Positions 1 through 13,149 of a DNA stretch of 64,000 nt are shown piece by piece. Position 1 is the first letter of the stretch. Each line of letters opens with the position of its first letter. Source of the stretch: Eledone cirrhosa (Eukaryota); assembly GCA_964016885.1 (NCBI GenBank), contig OZ024751.1, positions 37,634,001 through 37,698,000 of the forward strand, read 5' to 3'. A program made the translations under genes and the position numbers. Under the pieces are notes generated by a model. It had not been told where the DNA came from. It saw only the letters and a list, made by a program, of their open reading frames with translations, and did no database searches.

Positions 1-528
1 ACTTTGGCTTGGCATCATTTGGTTCCCCTAATATAGTTAGATACCACGGATAATTCATATGGGCGTATCAGAAATATTTACAACAAATTATGGTATCGGC
101 CATGAAAACAATTGCAGCCTGATTCGGGTATAGTATTTAGTGACTAGATTATATAAATTTATCTTTACGTTATTAGACATTTAATTGTACATAAAATGAA
201 TGTTCGCCTACTTAAGACGCCCAGTTTAAACTGCGTCTAAATAAAATCCTTGCAGATTTAAAGTTGGTATTGGAATGCAGAATGTTATTTTCTTGGTAGA
301 CCTATATTGAATAATTATACATTTTACACTACATTTTAACAGGTTCAACACAGCTCATTATGAATTTATGAAAGAGAGGTGGTGTGGAACAGAGCGGGAG
401 TTGGGGAGTGAGAGAAAGGGTGAGATAGAGAGAGAAAGAGAGACAAAGTGTATGTAATTCAAAGAGAAGATGATTGGCTTTGAATTGCTGGTACAACCTC
501 TTGTAGATTTCATGGCGGTATCTCAGAC

Positions 529-745
529 TATTTCTAATTAACGCACAAGATCAGTAATTTTGTAAGAGGGAGAATCCAATTAAATCGAACCTGTACATAA
601 CTGATACTTTATGTTACCGAGCCAGAAAGGATGAAAGGCGAAGCTAACCCCGACATGGTTTGAACGCAAGACAATTAGTCTTGTGCTGAAACAAATAATT
701 CTATTCATTGGTTCGACGCACTAACAGCTGTCAATTCACTGTCCT
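529..745 (-). mobile_element. Diverged copy of the dominant SINE (family A)
   Basis: Degenerate match to the reverse complement of family A: 'gcacaagatcag...tactttatgttaccgagccagaaaggatgaaaggcgaagctaaccccgacatggtttgaac'. Ends approximate. Confidence 0.6.
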
Positions 746-992
746 CAATACCCTAACTACTGAGCCACACACTTTCGCCGAAAACAAATTGTCGAATTAT
801 TCATTGGTGGCAAATATTCTGTTCTTCAATAAATTTAATGGAGCTGATTTCATTCGGAATTTAATTTATTAATCAACTTAAAGTTGATGGTGATTGCATG
901 CATATTAATTAAGTGTCCTAAATTAATTGAATTAGTTATTAAATGAAATACTATTCAGATTTAACATTTTTTTTTTTCGTCTTCTGTGGAAC

Positions 993-1230
993 CAGCACGG
1001 CCGAATGGTTAAGAAGCAGGCTTTGCAGGCTTAAGATTCAGGGTTCAATTCCACTGTGTCACATCTTCAGTAAATGTAATTTACTACAAATTGTAGTCGA
1101 CCCTAGTGATCAGAATATAAATATTTAGAGAGAAACGTTTCGGAATACCCATCGGATGAACTGTCCCTGTAATTCAAAGCCCAGCGTTGTCACACTGAAT
1201 CTCTCTCAAAATTCTGTGAGGTTTTCAGGG
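993..1230 (+). mobile_element. Diverged tRNA-derived SINE (second family)
   Basis: tRNA-like head with A box (ggccgaatggttaag) and B box (ggttcaattcc), followed by a degenerate body. No intact cloverleaf. Confidence 0.5.
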
Positions 1231-1789
1231 GATTACAGAATGCCAAACTACACATATGTTAGTTGTTCGAACAACAGAAACATTGATGAAGCCGATGGAG
1301 GTTAATATCTGTCCAGACTTCCTTCAATTTAATGCGTTGTTATATGAATGTAAACTGTATCGGTATGTAAAGAGAAGAATAAGCACAACGCGTTTAATAC
1401 AAAATATAATATTTCAAGAAGGAATTAAATCATCTAAGTCCTCATATTAATTTGGTACTCTTGAAGCCTTATCAAGTCAAATGATTTTCTATCAGAGACT
1501 CATTATAACATTGCTTATCTCGGGAGATAAACTTAACAAGAGATGAATGACTAACGATAATTTTATGCTACGTACAACTTATTTAAATGTATTTAGTAAA
1601 TACTTAAAGAAATGGTTTGTATGTAAATTGGAATCTCGACATCTAAGAAGATAATCAGTTACACGACTCAGAATCTAACAGTGCAACGTTTAGAATAGAC
1701 CCCGTTGGTTTGCAGACAGAATAAATAAAATTACTTTTCTTTACCAAACATTAATATTTAAGATATGTTAATGGATTGCACACGCATAT

Positions 1790-2130
1790 ACACGTGGTGT
1801 AGTGTTTAAAGAATTGTGTTTTCAATCGTGAGATTGTGACTTCGATTCTTAGATCTGTGCATTGTGTCCTTGAGCATGACGCCATATTTCAAGGTGGCAC
1901 GGCCAATTCAACTGTAGAAATATGTAGCGACTTCACTGGTGGTAATATGTGTCGTGAGTCGGGCCCTTTGCCTTTCTCTTGGAAGAGATCGGTGGTGTGG
2001 AGAATGGAGACACGTATGCATGGACAACTGGGTGTCTTCTACGAATACATTTTGGACGGGTTTGTGCTTTGGATGGGACATTTCCGGGTACAAATCCCAC
2101 AGTTATTCGTGACCAAAGTGGGTCTTTACC
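1790..2130 (+). mobile_element. tRNA-derived SINE (family B)
   Basis: A-box-like 'tggtgtagtgtttaaag', B-box-like 'acttcgattc' and core 'tgtgtccttgagcatgacgccatatttca', which is shared with 51397-51820. Confidence 0.55.
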
Positions 2131-2606
2131 ATTCATATTTATATATATATGTACATACACATATATATCCTACTTTCACAGAGCACTAAGTTGAATAATG
2201 TCCTTACAGATCATAACTCGTAACATCTCATCCATGTGTGTGTGTGTGCGTGTGCGTGTGTGTGTGTGTACCAGTCCTGAAAAGAAATATTGACTATGAA
2301 CCAAATTGTCGTTCATTCATGCTTAGGTATGTCGTAAATAAATCTAAGCTTATATTTTAGGCAATCGCAAAGTTAACCGAATTATACACCTTACTAAGCA
2401 GAACAAATACTAATCAATAAGGTAATCGTGTTCTCAAACATTAATAATGGAAACTGGGCAGAATCTATTTCTATAGACAATTAGAAAACATAACATGAAT
2501 AATGTACATTGTTCTCTCCCTTTACATTGTGAATCCAAATATACACAAGCAAACATGTACATACAGCTATATATCTATTCATTTGTCCTTACGTATGTAT
2601 GTATGC

Positions 2607-2655
<49 letters not shown>

Positions 2656-2884
2656 TATACATATACATATATATATACATATATATATATTCACCCATAT
2701 CTATACAAACAAGTACACATCCGTATATATAAATATATATTCTATACAGGGTAAAAATAACATGCATTGAGTACTCATTAAAAACTGGTCTACCTTACCA
2801 CTGAATGAACACAGTTATATATATATATAGATTGGTCCATGCATACACACATATGAACACAAACATATATACATACATATATAT

Positions 2885-2962
2885 TTTTGAAATCGGGTTT
2901 TGGTATAAATGTGTATCCCTAAGTTGATCGTAATATCCCCTTAGATGATATATATTTATGGG
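2885..2962 (+). repeat. Dispersed ~80 bp repeat, copy 1
   Basis: 'ttttgaaatcgggttttggtataaat...agttgatcgtaatatccccttagatgatatata' recurs with mismatches at 4472-4545. Confidence 0.75.
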
Positions 2963-3790
2963 TACATACATACACATATATACATATATATACATATACA
3001 TGCATATAAATACATATACATATACACACATACATATATACACATATACTCATATACATATATACACATACACACATATACATATATATATACATACACA
3101 AATATATATATATACATACATACACAAATATATATATATACATACACAAATATATATATATACATACACAAATATATATATATACATACACAAATATATA
3201 TATATACATACACAAATATATATATACATACACAAATATGTATACATACATACACAAATATATGTACATACATACATACATACACAAATATATATATATA
3301 CATACATATATATATATACATACATACAAATATATATATACATACATACAAATATATATATACATATAAATATATATATACATATATACAAATATATATA
3401 TACATATATACAAATATATATATACATATATACAAATATATATACATATATACAAATATATATATACATATATACAAATATATATATATATACATACATA
3501 CAAATATATATATATATATATACATGCAAATATATATATATATATATACATACAAATATATATATACATACAAATATATATATATATATATATATATACA
3601 TACAAATATATATATACATACACATATATATATATATATATACATACAAATATATATATACATACAAATATATATATATATATATACATACAAATATATA
3701 TATATATATATACATACATACATAAATATATATACATACATACATAAATATACATACATACATACATACATACATACATACATACATACA

Positions 3791-3826
<36 letters not shown>

Positions 3827-3835
3827 TATATATAC
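2963..3835. repeat. Compound (TA)n/TACA/TACAAA micro-minisatellite, ~870 bp
   Basis: Directly visible. It explains the YI/MY pseudo-ORFs. Confidence 0.97.
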
Positions 3836-3949
3836 CTTGGCGTCTGCGTGCCTGACCTAAATTTGGGTATACGCCATTGATGTGTAATTATTGATTGGTA
3901 TTTGGAAAGATAACAAAAAAAAAAAAAATCAATAATAATTAAGGTACAT

Positions 3950-4352
3950 GTCTACCTGGACAGTATGTTTGTTACTTCATAATTTATATAGAATATCAGA
4001 GAGGCTTATATATATGGTGCTACACAATACAGCTAACATGTTTTACGTTGATTTCAGAATATTTGTGCTTACTCATTCATGAGCAAACAGTGGATTGTGC
4101 CGTAACAATCTAATTTTAGTATACATCCGGTTGAATCTGTCTTATATGATTGTGAGAATTGGTGGCCACTCACGCAGAAGCTTGAAAATCAGCTAGACCT
4201 AATGTACAGCAGAATGTTACGGATGGATTTTAACATCACTTGGAAGAATCACAACACCAATATAGAACTTTATAATGGTCTGTCAAAATTATGTGAGAAT
4301 ATAGCCGCAGCAAAGTTTTCTATTAGCAGGTATATGTGTGAAAACCACTGAA
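3950..4352 (+). pseudogene. Decayed non-LTR (RTE-like LINE) RT C-terminal fragment
   Basis: From 4130 it translates as VESVLYDCENWWPLTQKLENQLDLMYSRMLRMDFNITWKNHNTNIELYNGLSKL. This matches the typical RTE-type post-RT motif (VESVLLYGCETW..L...LD..Y.RMLR...NI.W..H.TN.ELY). Upstream boundary approximate. Confidence 0.75.
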
Positions 4353-4471
4353 GTAATGGCGTCTACGAAGATTAAATAGATTAATCACAGTACATACACC
4401 ACCACCACCTTCATTAATATACTTCCAAAATATTTCTGATTGACTTTCCTGATGGAAATATCGATAGAGAA

Positions 4472-4545
4472 TTTTGAACTCGGGTTTTGGTATAAATATG
4501 TGTCCCTGAGTTGATCGCAATATCGCTTTAGATGATATATATCCA
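4472..4545 (+). repeat. Dispersed ~80 bp repeat, copy 2
   Basis: Homologous to 2885-2962. Confidence 0.75.
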
Positions 4546-4684
4546 TGCGCATAACAGAACCTACAGTTTCCGGAGACGCAGCAAATATTCCCCCGTGCCA
4601 TCAGACTTGTGCAAATTCATTGACCTCTGTGTGTGTGTCTGTGTGTCTGTGTGTGTGTATGTGTGTGTGTGTGGGGGGGTGTAT

Positions 4685-4723
<39 letters not shown>

Positions 4724-4865
4724 TGTGTGTGCGTGTGCAATATTGAGTATTAATAATCTGCTCATCACACAGTGACAAAGAAACATATACACACACAGTA
4801 TGCGTTCACACATAATCTATATGTGTTTTTAACACAACTAAAATCGTTTAAATCTGTAATAAATA

Positions 4866-4964
4866 CAGGCTGTCCCCAAAAATGTATACACATTTCAACA
4901 GCATTCTAATAAATATTGCATGTAAAGGTAATCAAAGTGTGTATACATTTGGGGGAACATCCTG
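4866..4964. mobile_element. Tc1/mariner-type MITE, ~99 bp
   Basis: Imperfect ~30 bp TIRs (caggctgtccccaaaaatgtatacacattt / aaagtgtgtatacatttgggggaacatcctg), flanked by TA on both sides (4864-65, 4965-66). Confidence 0.8.
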
Positions 4965-5014
4965 TATGTATACATATGTGCTGTATTTGTATTTCAGCCT
5001 TAATTTGGTCCTTA

Positions 5015-5245
5015 TGAAGAGCTCACAGTTGTGTACAAAAGAATGCTGAGAAGAGAATATATAGTCATGCAACAGGATACAATTACTTTCCAAAGTTCAT
5101 TCTAAACTGAATTGTGAAACGTGAGTGAAGGAATCTTGAAGAAGGAGATTGAGGGTCAGACAACATCAAAGATTGGACTGGCAAATCTTTAGCCGAGATC
5201 TGATATCTGGCACGCAAGCGAAATAGATAGAGATGACTTGTACAT
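5015..5245 (+). pseudogene. Decayed RTE-like LINE ORF 3' end
   Basis: 5156-5242 reads SDNIKDWTGKSLAEI*YLARKRNR*R*LV, matching the RTE-type terminal motif (W.DNIKEWTG.S......A.DR..WR.LV), with in-frame stops. Confidence 0.7.
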
Positions 5246-5931
5246 ATTATGTCCCAACAGCGCCACTAATATTGCATCAGGGAGATTTGACCCAACCAAG
5301 CAAATAAACATGTCTGTGCTTGTGTGCTTTAAATATATGGAGCAGGTAGTTGATATTTTCTTGATCATTCGACATAACGTGATTCTGTGCGTTGTGAATA
5401 ATTCAGCTGTTTCTATGAAATAATGTCAAGATTTATTTCAACATTCAAATGTTCAATGTATTTAATTAATAACTGTCCACAATAGCAATCCTTTGAAAAC
5501 TTGTGAATCTCTTGAGGAAAATCTTCACAGAAAGCATCGACCTGTTACAATGATAGCTTGAATAGTCAGGTGGAAAATAGCGAAAAATCCAAGTGTCATT
5601 CTACGAAGTTTCAGTTTTATTCGCTCGGGCGATTTGGTTAAATCTTTAATTAATTGAATAAATCAAAACTGAGATTTGTTTTTGTATTATTTATTCATTG
5701 ATTTAATTATTTCAATCAATGGTAAATTAGGCAAGATTTAATTGAACTTTATGAATGTAACTTTAGTTAAACAGGGAATTTAGTTTTCGGTTCTAATTTA
5801 TATATTATGTAATTGAGGGAAAAAGTAATTTTATACCCAGCAGCTTTAAATATAATTAGTGATCAGATTCCGTCTCTTTAGATTGAACAATATTGGTGCT
5901 ATGTTTGAGAATACTTTTCTCCTTCTTGCAG

Positions 5932-5991
5932 CATATGGATACAACCGGACGCAATGTTTCTGATCCCATTATTCACACAGATGAGGTGTAA
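5932..5991 (+). CDS. Candidate terminal coding exon (HMDTTGRNVSDPIIHTDEV*)
   Basis: Strong acceptor 'cttttctccttcttgcag' followed by a short open frame in unique sequence. No homology recognised and the frame is assumed. Confidence 0.2.
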   Translation, partial: HMDTTGRNVSDPIIHTDEV

Positions 5992-6219
5992 ATTGCGTAC
6001 ATGGAATACGTGGAAACCCTAACTTGACCTCTGCGATTTCAACTAGATCCCTTAGGCTTCCTCAATGATACGACACTATACGACACTTCTCTGTGTGTGT
6101 GTGTCTCTCTCTCTCTCACATATATATATATATATGCGCGTGTGTGGTACACTGTGTGTATTTGTGTCTACGCATACATGTACATATGTATATCTACATT
6201 AGTTTGTATAAATGTGTAA

Positions 6220-6264
<45 letters not shown>

Positions 6265-6271
6265 TTCATCA

Positions 6272-6320
<49 letters not shown>

Positions 6321-6704
6321 AGTACGTCCAGGTACGTGTACGTACGTGTCTCTATGTGTGCGTATGTATGTATATATGTATGTATATATGTATGTATGTA
6401 TGTGAGTACGAATATAGAGAAAACTTGAAATTTCTTGTTATTGATTGAAATTCTAATCTAAGGCCGTTGACACGATAGACGAGATAAACGTGGAGCCAAT
6501 ATAATCTCGCCAAACTTTCTGAGATGCCTCAAGTTGATACAAAATTCTACCGACTATAATTAAATGGATGTCTAGCTAAAACAATTAGTCTCAATGTGAT
6601 CAATACTATTGAAAATCTTTACGAAAGGTTAACAGGCACATTGATATAACAGACATTTTAGTCTATTATTATTAATATGAATTATTATTTTTTTTTCATG
6701 CTCA

Positions 6705-6896
6705 GAGGGTGGATTGGCAGTATCAGTAGAGGGTCGGATACCGTGCTTTGCAGCATGGAGTTACAGGCGTTTAAGATCTGAGTTCAAATCCCGCCGAGGT
6801 TAACTTTGCCTTTCATATTTATGGGGTCGATAAAATAAAGTACCAGTAATGCACTGAGATAATTGATGGCCTCGTGCCAAAAGTAGAAACAATTAT
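6705..6896 (+). mobile_element. SINE family A, short subtype
   Basis: ggtggattggcagtatc...gagttcaaatcccgccgaggttaactttgcctttcat...ggggtcgataaaataaagtaccag...gtgccaaaagtagaaacaatta. B box GTTCAAATCC. Imperfect flanking duplication attattttt..atgct. Confidence 0.9.
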
Positions 6897-7076
6897 TTTT
6901 TATGCTTTGTGACATCCTCATACCTAACTTGGATGTAACTGCATGGTATTATACGTGTGAGGTGTGAGTGTAGTTATATATACATCTCTCTCTCTCTTTC
7001 GCTTTGTATATATATATATATATATATATAATATGGAAAACGAAGAATCAGTGATACATTGAAACACAATTTATTA

Positions 7077-7139
7077 ACGTATTACAATTGTTTCTCCGGC
7101 GACAGCTCGAGGTGCGATTCGCAAATTCCTCAGATACTT
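7077..7139 (-). ncRNA. Minimal type I hammerhead ribozyme motif
   Basis: Minus strand reads GTAT-CTGAGGA-A-[TTTGCGA..TCGCCGGA]-GAAA-CAATTG-TA-ATAC. Stem I is GTAT/ATAC, stem III is palindromic and the cleavage triplet is GUA. Stem II is imperfect. Confidence 0.65.
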
Positions 7140-8022
7140 CTAGCGACTTCGAAGCAAATCTTCTGTTTGATGTATTCTCTCCCTTTTAATTTCCTCTAGC
7201 TGCCATCATCCTGTTTACGCAGCCCATCCATTGGTCAAGTATTCCAGTCGTCATCTGTATGTTTGACCATTCAAAACTTTCTATTTCCATTCAGGAGTAG
7301 AGATTCGTCCGCGTCCGCAAGCTCTGCACCCCTCCAATCATTCAGTACTACTATGATTTATAGACTTCCCTCGTACTGCAAACAAAGTGCGTGGGCTTGT
7401 CTGTCTGTATGTCAAAGACGATGTCACTTATACCCCCTGCAAATACAGGATGGTCATGTGTGCTCCCTTTGTTTCACCAAACGAAAACAATTCTTTGTGA
7501 AATTAACGTGTTAGTGGCTGTGCATTTCATAGACGCATGTATTTCTTTTGAAGATATGGACCTTTGACAAAACTAGAATAGCATGAGATAAAGCTACTTG
7601 CTCAAGCACACAACATTCCTTCGGCAATCCAACATACGTTCGGAACGCGAACACCTTAATACCTAAGGTACAGAAACTCATTTATATACACGGAACGTGT
7701 GGCCACATTTTATATCAACAGGGTTCATTTAACCAAGTTTTCCAATCATTTTGAATGATCAACTATTATTATGGTCATTTTTATGGGAGGTACCTATTTC
7801 ATCCACTAACACACATTCTGTGTTTGCGTACCATTATTGATAGAAGAAATTTGTTATGCACGTATAAATATGTATTACAAATTATAAGCAACAGTTATGC
7901 ATATATCGAAAATCTTTCTCCATACATACAATTAGTCGGTGAAAAGTGCAGAATAGAATCTTACGTTTGTATACAATTTTCAACATATATATACGCCTAT
8001 TTGTAGATATATGCTGTATCTA

Positions 8023-8103
<81 letters not shown>

Positions 8104-9089
8104 ATCTATTTACCGGTGTATGTGTCTACATGTTTACCTATCTATATATTTGCCTTTAACGTGAACTATAAAGATGTTAAAAAGATTGAAATAAGAGAAA
8201 ATATGCCAGTGTGTTTCTGTTCTGTTTGCGAGAATGTGTATATGTTTGTGTGTCCGAGAATGTGTGTGGCCATGTGTGTACGTGCATGTGATCTTATTGA
8301 TATTTATAAGGAAAATATATTTTGATTACCAATAGATTTGTAGTTCAACATAAAATTTGAAATAACAACAAAATAATAAAAGAAAAAGAAATATCACATC
8401 CACGTGGTACAGAGAAAGCCTGTCGGCCATAGTTACATTGATTAGCCAAAATAGCCAGTAGGTAAACGTAATAAATTTAGTGACCCTTACATATTTTTCG
8501 ATAGAGATAGATAGAGTATACACGGTGGAAGACTGTGAGAGAGAAAGAATACGAGCGAAGGAGAGAAAAAGATGGGTAGGAATATATATATATAAACAAC
8601 AACAACAACAAGACCAAACAGGCAGTAAATCAATGTTTAACTGTATTCTGATTCTCCATGGTTACGCTAAAATCACGATGAAAATGCCCGAATGCAATAT
8701 TATGTTTTTTACTGATTTTTATTCAATTTTCTTTCTTTAATGTGAATGAATTGGTTGGAAAAGCTAGGAAATGTTTATTGAATATAATCAAATTTCAACA
8801 AATTTTATTATTAAAACATTTTTATATATATTAACAAATCATTATTATTAATTCATATTTATTATTTTTATTCTTCAGTTGTTTGTTTTCTTTTCTTTTC
8901 TTATTTAATCTTGATGAATATTTTTTTTTCTTCAGAGATTTAAAACCGAAGAAAAATGCTTCTGCTAGAGATTATTGATCTATATAAATATTACGCCTAT
9001 GCGCATGATCAGCGCCCCCCCCCACCACACACACATATATACAGGTGGATATATATATATAGTAATAATAATAAATGCGAAGACTAAAA

Positions 9090-9210
9090 TTTAAGCAAAG
9101 AATCGCTGCTTTCCCCCTTAACGAGATCTTCTGAAACTTAAGGGTGAAAGCAGCGATTTTTTGCTTAAACTTTAATCTGTTATTTTAATACATATATTAA
9201 AATAACAGAT
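9090..9210. repeat. Double fold-back of a dispersed repeat end
   Basis: 9090-9121 is inverted at 9138-9169 and 9175-9190 is inverted at 9195-9210. A linear copy of the same sequence is at 43028-43089. Confidence 0.85.
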
Positions 9211-11499
9211 ACGTATATACATATATATATGCAAACATATGCATACATACATATATATATATATAAATGTATATGTATATATGTATGCATGCATATGTTT
9301 GCATATATATATATGTATATGTATGTATCTTTGTACATATATATAACATTACTCCGAGTTTTGCATTAGGGCTTATCAATGAGATTATTCGATGCATTTA
9401 CAATACAGACCCATAATGAGTTTCACTGTAAATAAAGCTCTTCTCTCATACCATTGTAATTCCTCACAGTGATACCTAGATTAAGGTTTTGGTGGGTTAA
9501 CGTATCCCATATAGGACAATCTCTGTAGTGCGCGTCTACCTATTTCCCTCGAAAGTGAACTAGTGGTTTAGGATACTAATATCGATTCTGATAAAATGTT
9601 TCCAACATCCCAACAGTTTGTACTAACAAGAAGATTTATATCCATTCCATTTAGTTGTTACAATTATACAATGAAGTGTATACACTCTGTGATAGATATA
9701 AAAGACAGCTATATATTGTTATGTTTGTGTGTCTCTCTTATTCTATTTTAGTTCGTTGAGTGAACGGTATTTATAGGTAGAATCTCTAGAGATAACAAAA
9801 TATTTTTCTGACAAACAACGCTATCATGATTGACATTATTATATCAGTGTTCTAATAAAGTGTATTGTTACCAAAAGAAACGAAATATATTTGTGGAAAA
9901 GACATGAAGCAACAGTAGGTTTCTTCTGATTCATATAAAACCTTTGAACCTTTTGCGTTTCCGTTCACGTAACGGTTGGAAACAAATACTTTACTTACAA
10001 TATTTAGAGAGCATGCTAAGTAAAGGATAACGTGCACTTCATTCTAGAATGCTTTCTATTTTGACATGACGAATTGTCCTGTGTTAGGAAAATTATTGAA
10101 TAATCATATAGTAGAAATAAGGAAATGTTTAGAAAATACCATTACCGTCAGTTTTAAATATATTGGAGTGGCTTTATAGTGAAACTAATTCTAGCACAAA
10201 CTATAGTACTGTTTAGTCACAGAGTAATAAAAATTACTGGAAACATGAAAACCTTTCCAATATGTACTTGACAAGTAATACACACTAAAGTTTATTGTGC
10301 TTATTTCTTCAAACAACCATTTCATAAAAGGAAATGTTTAAGACTTCATCTAATTTTAATTCTTTTTAAAATAAGTTACTAAATTGTTGTAAAATAGATA
10401 AATCAGAATCGGTACTTCTCAGCAATACGCTAACCCATCAGATGAAACATTATTTATAACATTTCAATAAATATGTTATGTATGATTTCTAATTTCATAG
10501 CGAAACATTAAACTTTGATGTAAATTTTCTTTGTTAAGAATGTATTATTTGGATCAAATAATAAAAGGGTTACTACAAACATCGTTGATGTAACTTGATA
10601 ACACTAGTTTTATTAAAACATAATATTACTGTCATAAATATAAAAAAAAGGGAAAATATATTCTCAAACCGATATAAAACAGAGGCACTTTATCATACAA
10701 CTATATCCATCAGAAGAAGAGCCATAAAAACATGAATGTTAAGAAGAAATGCATGAACGCTGCTTACGTCAGAGGACATTTAATATTAGTCAAAATTCCC
10801 AGTTATTATTAGCGGTTTTAGTTTTACGACTTTATCCACCAGAATCAAATATGTAAATGAATTTCGGAGACAATAATATTGATTCGAAAACTAAAAGGTG
10901 ATTAAGATAATTTTTGTTGGCGAAACTGCATTTATTTCTAACAGCTTGCTGCGATTATTGAAGAAATATTTTCAGCAATAAGTAAAAGCACTTAAACTCA
11001 TTCTCGAAAACAGTTTTCAGATCCTCAGAATTACTTTTATCTAATTACAACATATATTCGATACAATGCTTGTGAAAAGTATTTGTCAATTTTCAGTCTA
11101 TGACACAAATATCTCCTCATCTATCATTTAACATTTCAGCTATAATGATGTGTGCACAAATACACTGACGGAACACCACGCTGTAGACACACCAGAAATA
11201 ATACATTCTCTGCCCTGATATTCGGTCAGGTACCGCGGACAACGCATGACATAAACACATCGGAATCACTACCATTATTTTCTCATATCTCATTTCATTA
11301 CCAATGTTATCCTTGTTGATTTTTAATTTCTAATCCTTATTTTATTTTTACTCCTGTAAATGATAGGTTGCATCCTTTGTCATCCTGTGCCACTAAACAC
11401 ATCACCATGCATCCACTACCTTCATCCACACCAACACATACCACATGCCTTAGAGGCATACACAAGCCGCTAGCACCATACATTTCAGCAAAATGGTCT

Positions 11500-11600
11500 G
11501 CATCCTACTAGGTCGATAAGATAAAATCCCAGTAATGGGATTTAATCGACATGATCCTCTACCAAAGCATTTTTTGCCTTGTGCCTAAATAAGAAACCAT
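11500..11600 (+). mobile_element. 3' part of an older SINE family A copy
   Basis: catcctactaggtcgataagataaaatcccagt...gccttgtgcctaaataagaaaccatt. Confidence 0.6.
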
Positions 11601-11618
11601 TATTATTCCGTAGATTTA

Positions 11619-11807
11619 AGGGCGGTGGATTGGCAGTATCGGTAGAGGGTCGGACGCCATGTTGTGCAGCAAAGAGTTATGGCCCTTTATGGTCTGAGTT
11701 CAAATCCCGCTGAGGTTAACTTTGCCTTTCAGCCTTACGGGGTCGATAAAATAAAGTAGCAGTAATACACTAGGATAATTGCTGGCCTTGTGCCAAAAGT
11801 AGAAACA
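11619..11807 (+). mobile_element. SINE family A, short subtype, with 20-bp TSD
   Basis: Full family A sequence. 'attattattccgtagattta' is duplicated at 11599-11618 and 11808-11827. Confidence 0.95.
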
Positions 11808-13096
11808 ATTATTATTCCGTAGATTTATTGTTTTATTTTGTTTTGGTCTTCAGAACATTCTTGGGTGCATCCTATATAATGGTTCCTTTAACATTTACTT
11901 TATCACGTAAACATTGTCTATGAGCAGGTTGACTGCACTATTAAGTAGATATCTACTCGTTAGCAAGCTAGTAGTGTCCAGACGACGAAAATTGAATTTT
12001 GTGTATTGTAAAATTATGTCAGGATTACTTATCGATAAATGCTGTCTTGTAAAAGTGTTAGTATCGAATGAACTAGTTAATGATAAAAGAAAAATAAGTA
12101 AAATGCGTTAAACTAAAGTGTAAAGAACAAGTTCATATTTTTCTCGCGTGTCAGGCTAGAGAAACGTATATTTTATTGGTGGTGGCTCTCAAGGCAATTT
12201 ATAAATAATTGAGAATTATGCTTGCATGATTGAGGAAGAAGAGGAACGAAAAGGGAGACATTAGATATGAAAGAGCAAATTATTTCAGATAAAAGAATGG
12301 AAATCCAGTGTGAAAATAAAAACAGATTGGAACAACGAGACAATGTGATGAAATGAAATAAAATGGCGCAGTTACAAAGCATATGTTGAGCTATAAAATA
12401 TTTCTTAAAGGTACGAATAGTTTAGAAACGATGTAGAAGAATGTTAACATGATTCTCTTTAATAATCTTTGTACTGAAAGTTTTGTGTCCACCTAACACA
12501 CGAAAGAAACGATTACGGTAAAACGTTTTAACCCTTTCGTGACCATATTTATAATAATACACTCGGTAATTGAATTAAGTAATAACCAATTTGTATTAAT
12601 TTATTAAAATCATTTCATTATTTATATGATATTTATAACATAGGAAAATTATGTTGAAAGATTTATTTTAGATGGGAACCTTTTCATATGAGTAGATTTG
12701 TTTCACATAACCAGATGTGGTGCGAGTTAGTAACATACAGAAATCGTGGAATTTAAGATAGAAATGGAATCGGGTGTTACGATAGACTTTCTAAAATCAG
12801 ATTTCTTTTTACAGTGTTGTCTTTTTCTTCTATTTTATACAGAAAGATGTGGTTCATCATCAGAATCGATATTTTCTAACGACACAATTTGCAGATTTCA
12901 TCGTTGCTGAATACAGCTCATGTATGCAACTTCTGCGATGATTCTCTTGATATAAATTTAGTAAATGAGTGGCTATGTTCCTACTATTGCATGTTAAGAT
13001 ATAACCTCCTTTCTCACACACACACACACATACATACATATATATATATTATTCTTTACTCACTTACTACATATATATATATTATTCTTTACTCAC

Positions 13097-13149
<53 letters not shown>

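Noticed and set aside
993-1060. Possible tRNA gene
   Set aside because: A and B boxes are present but there is no complete cloverleaf, and it runs into a SINE body. Treated as a SINE head.
2919-3880. 250-310 aa overlapping ORFs
   Set aside because: Microsatellite translation artefacts.
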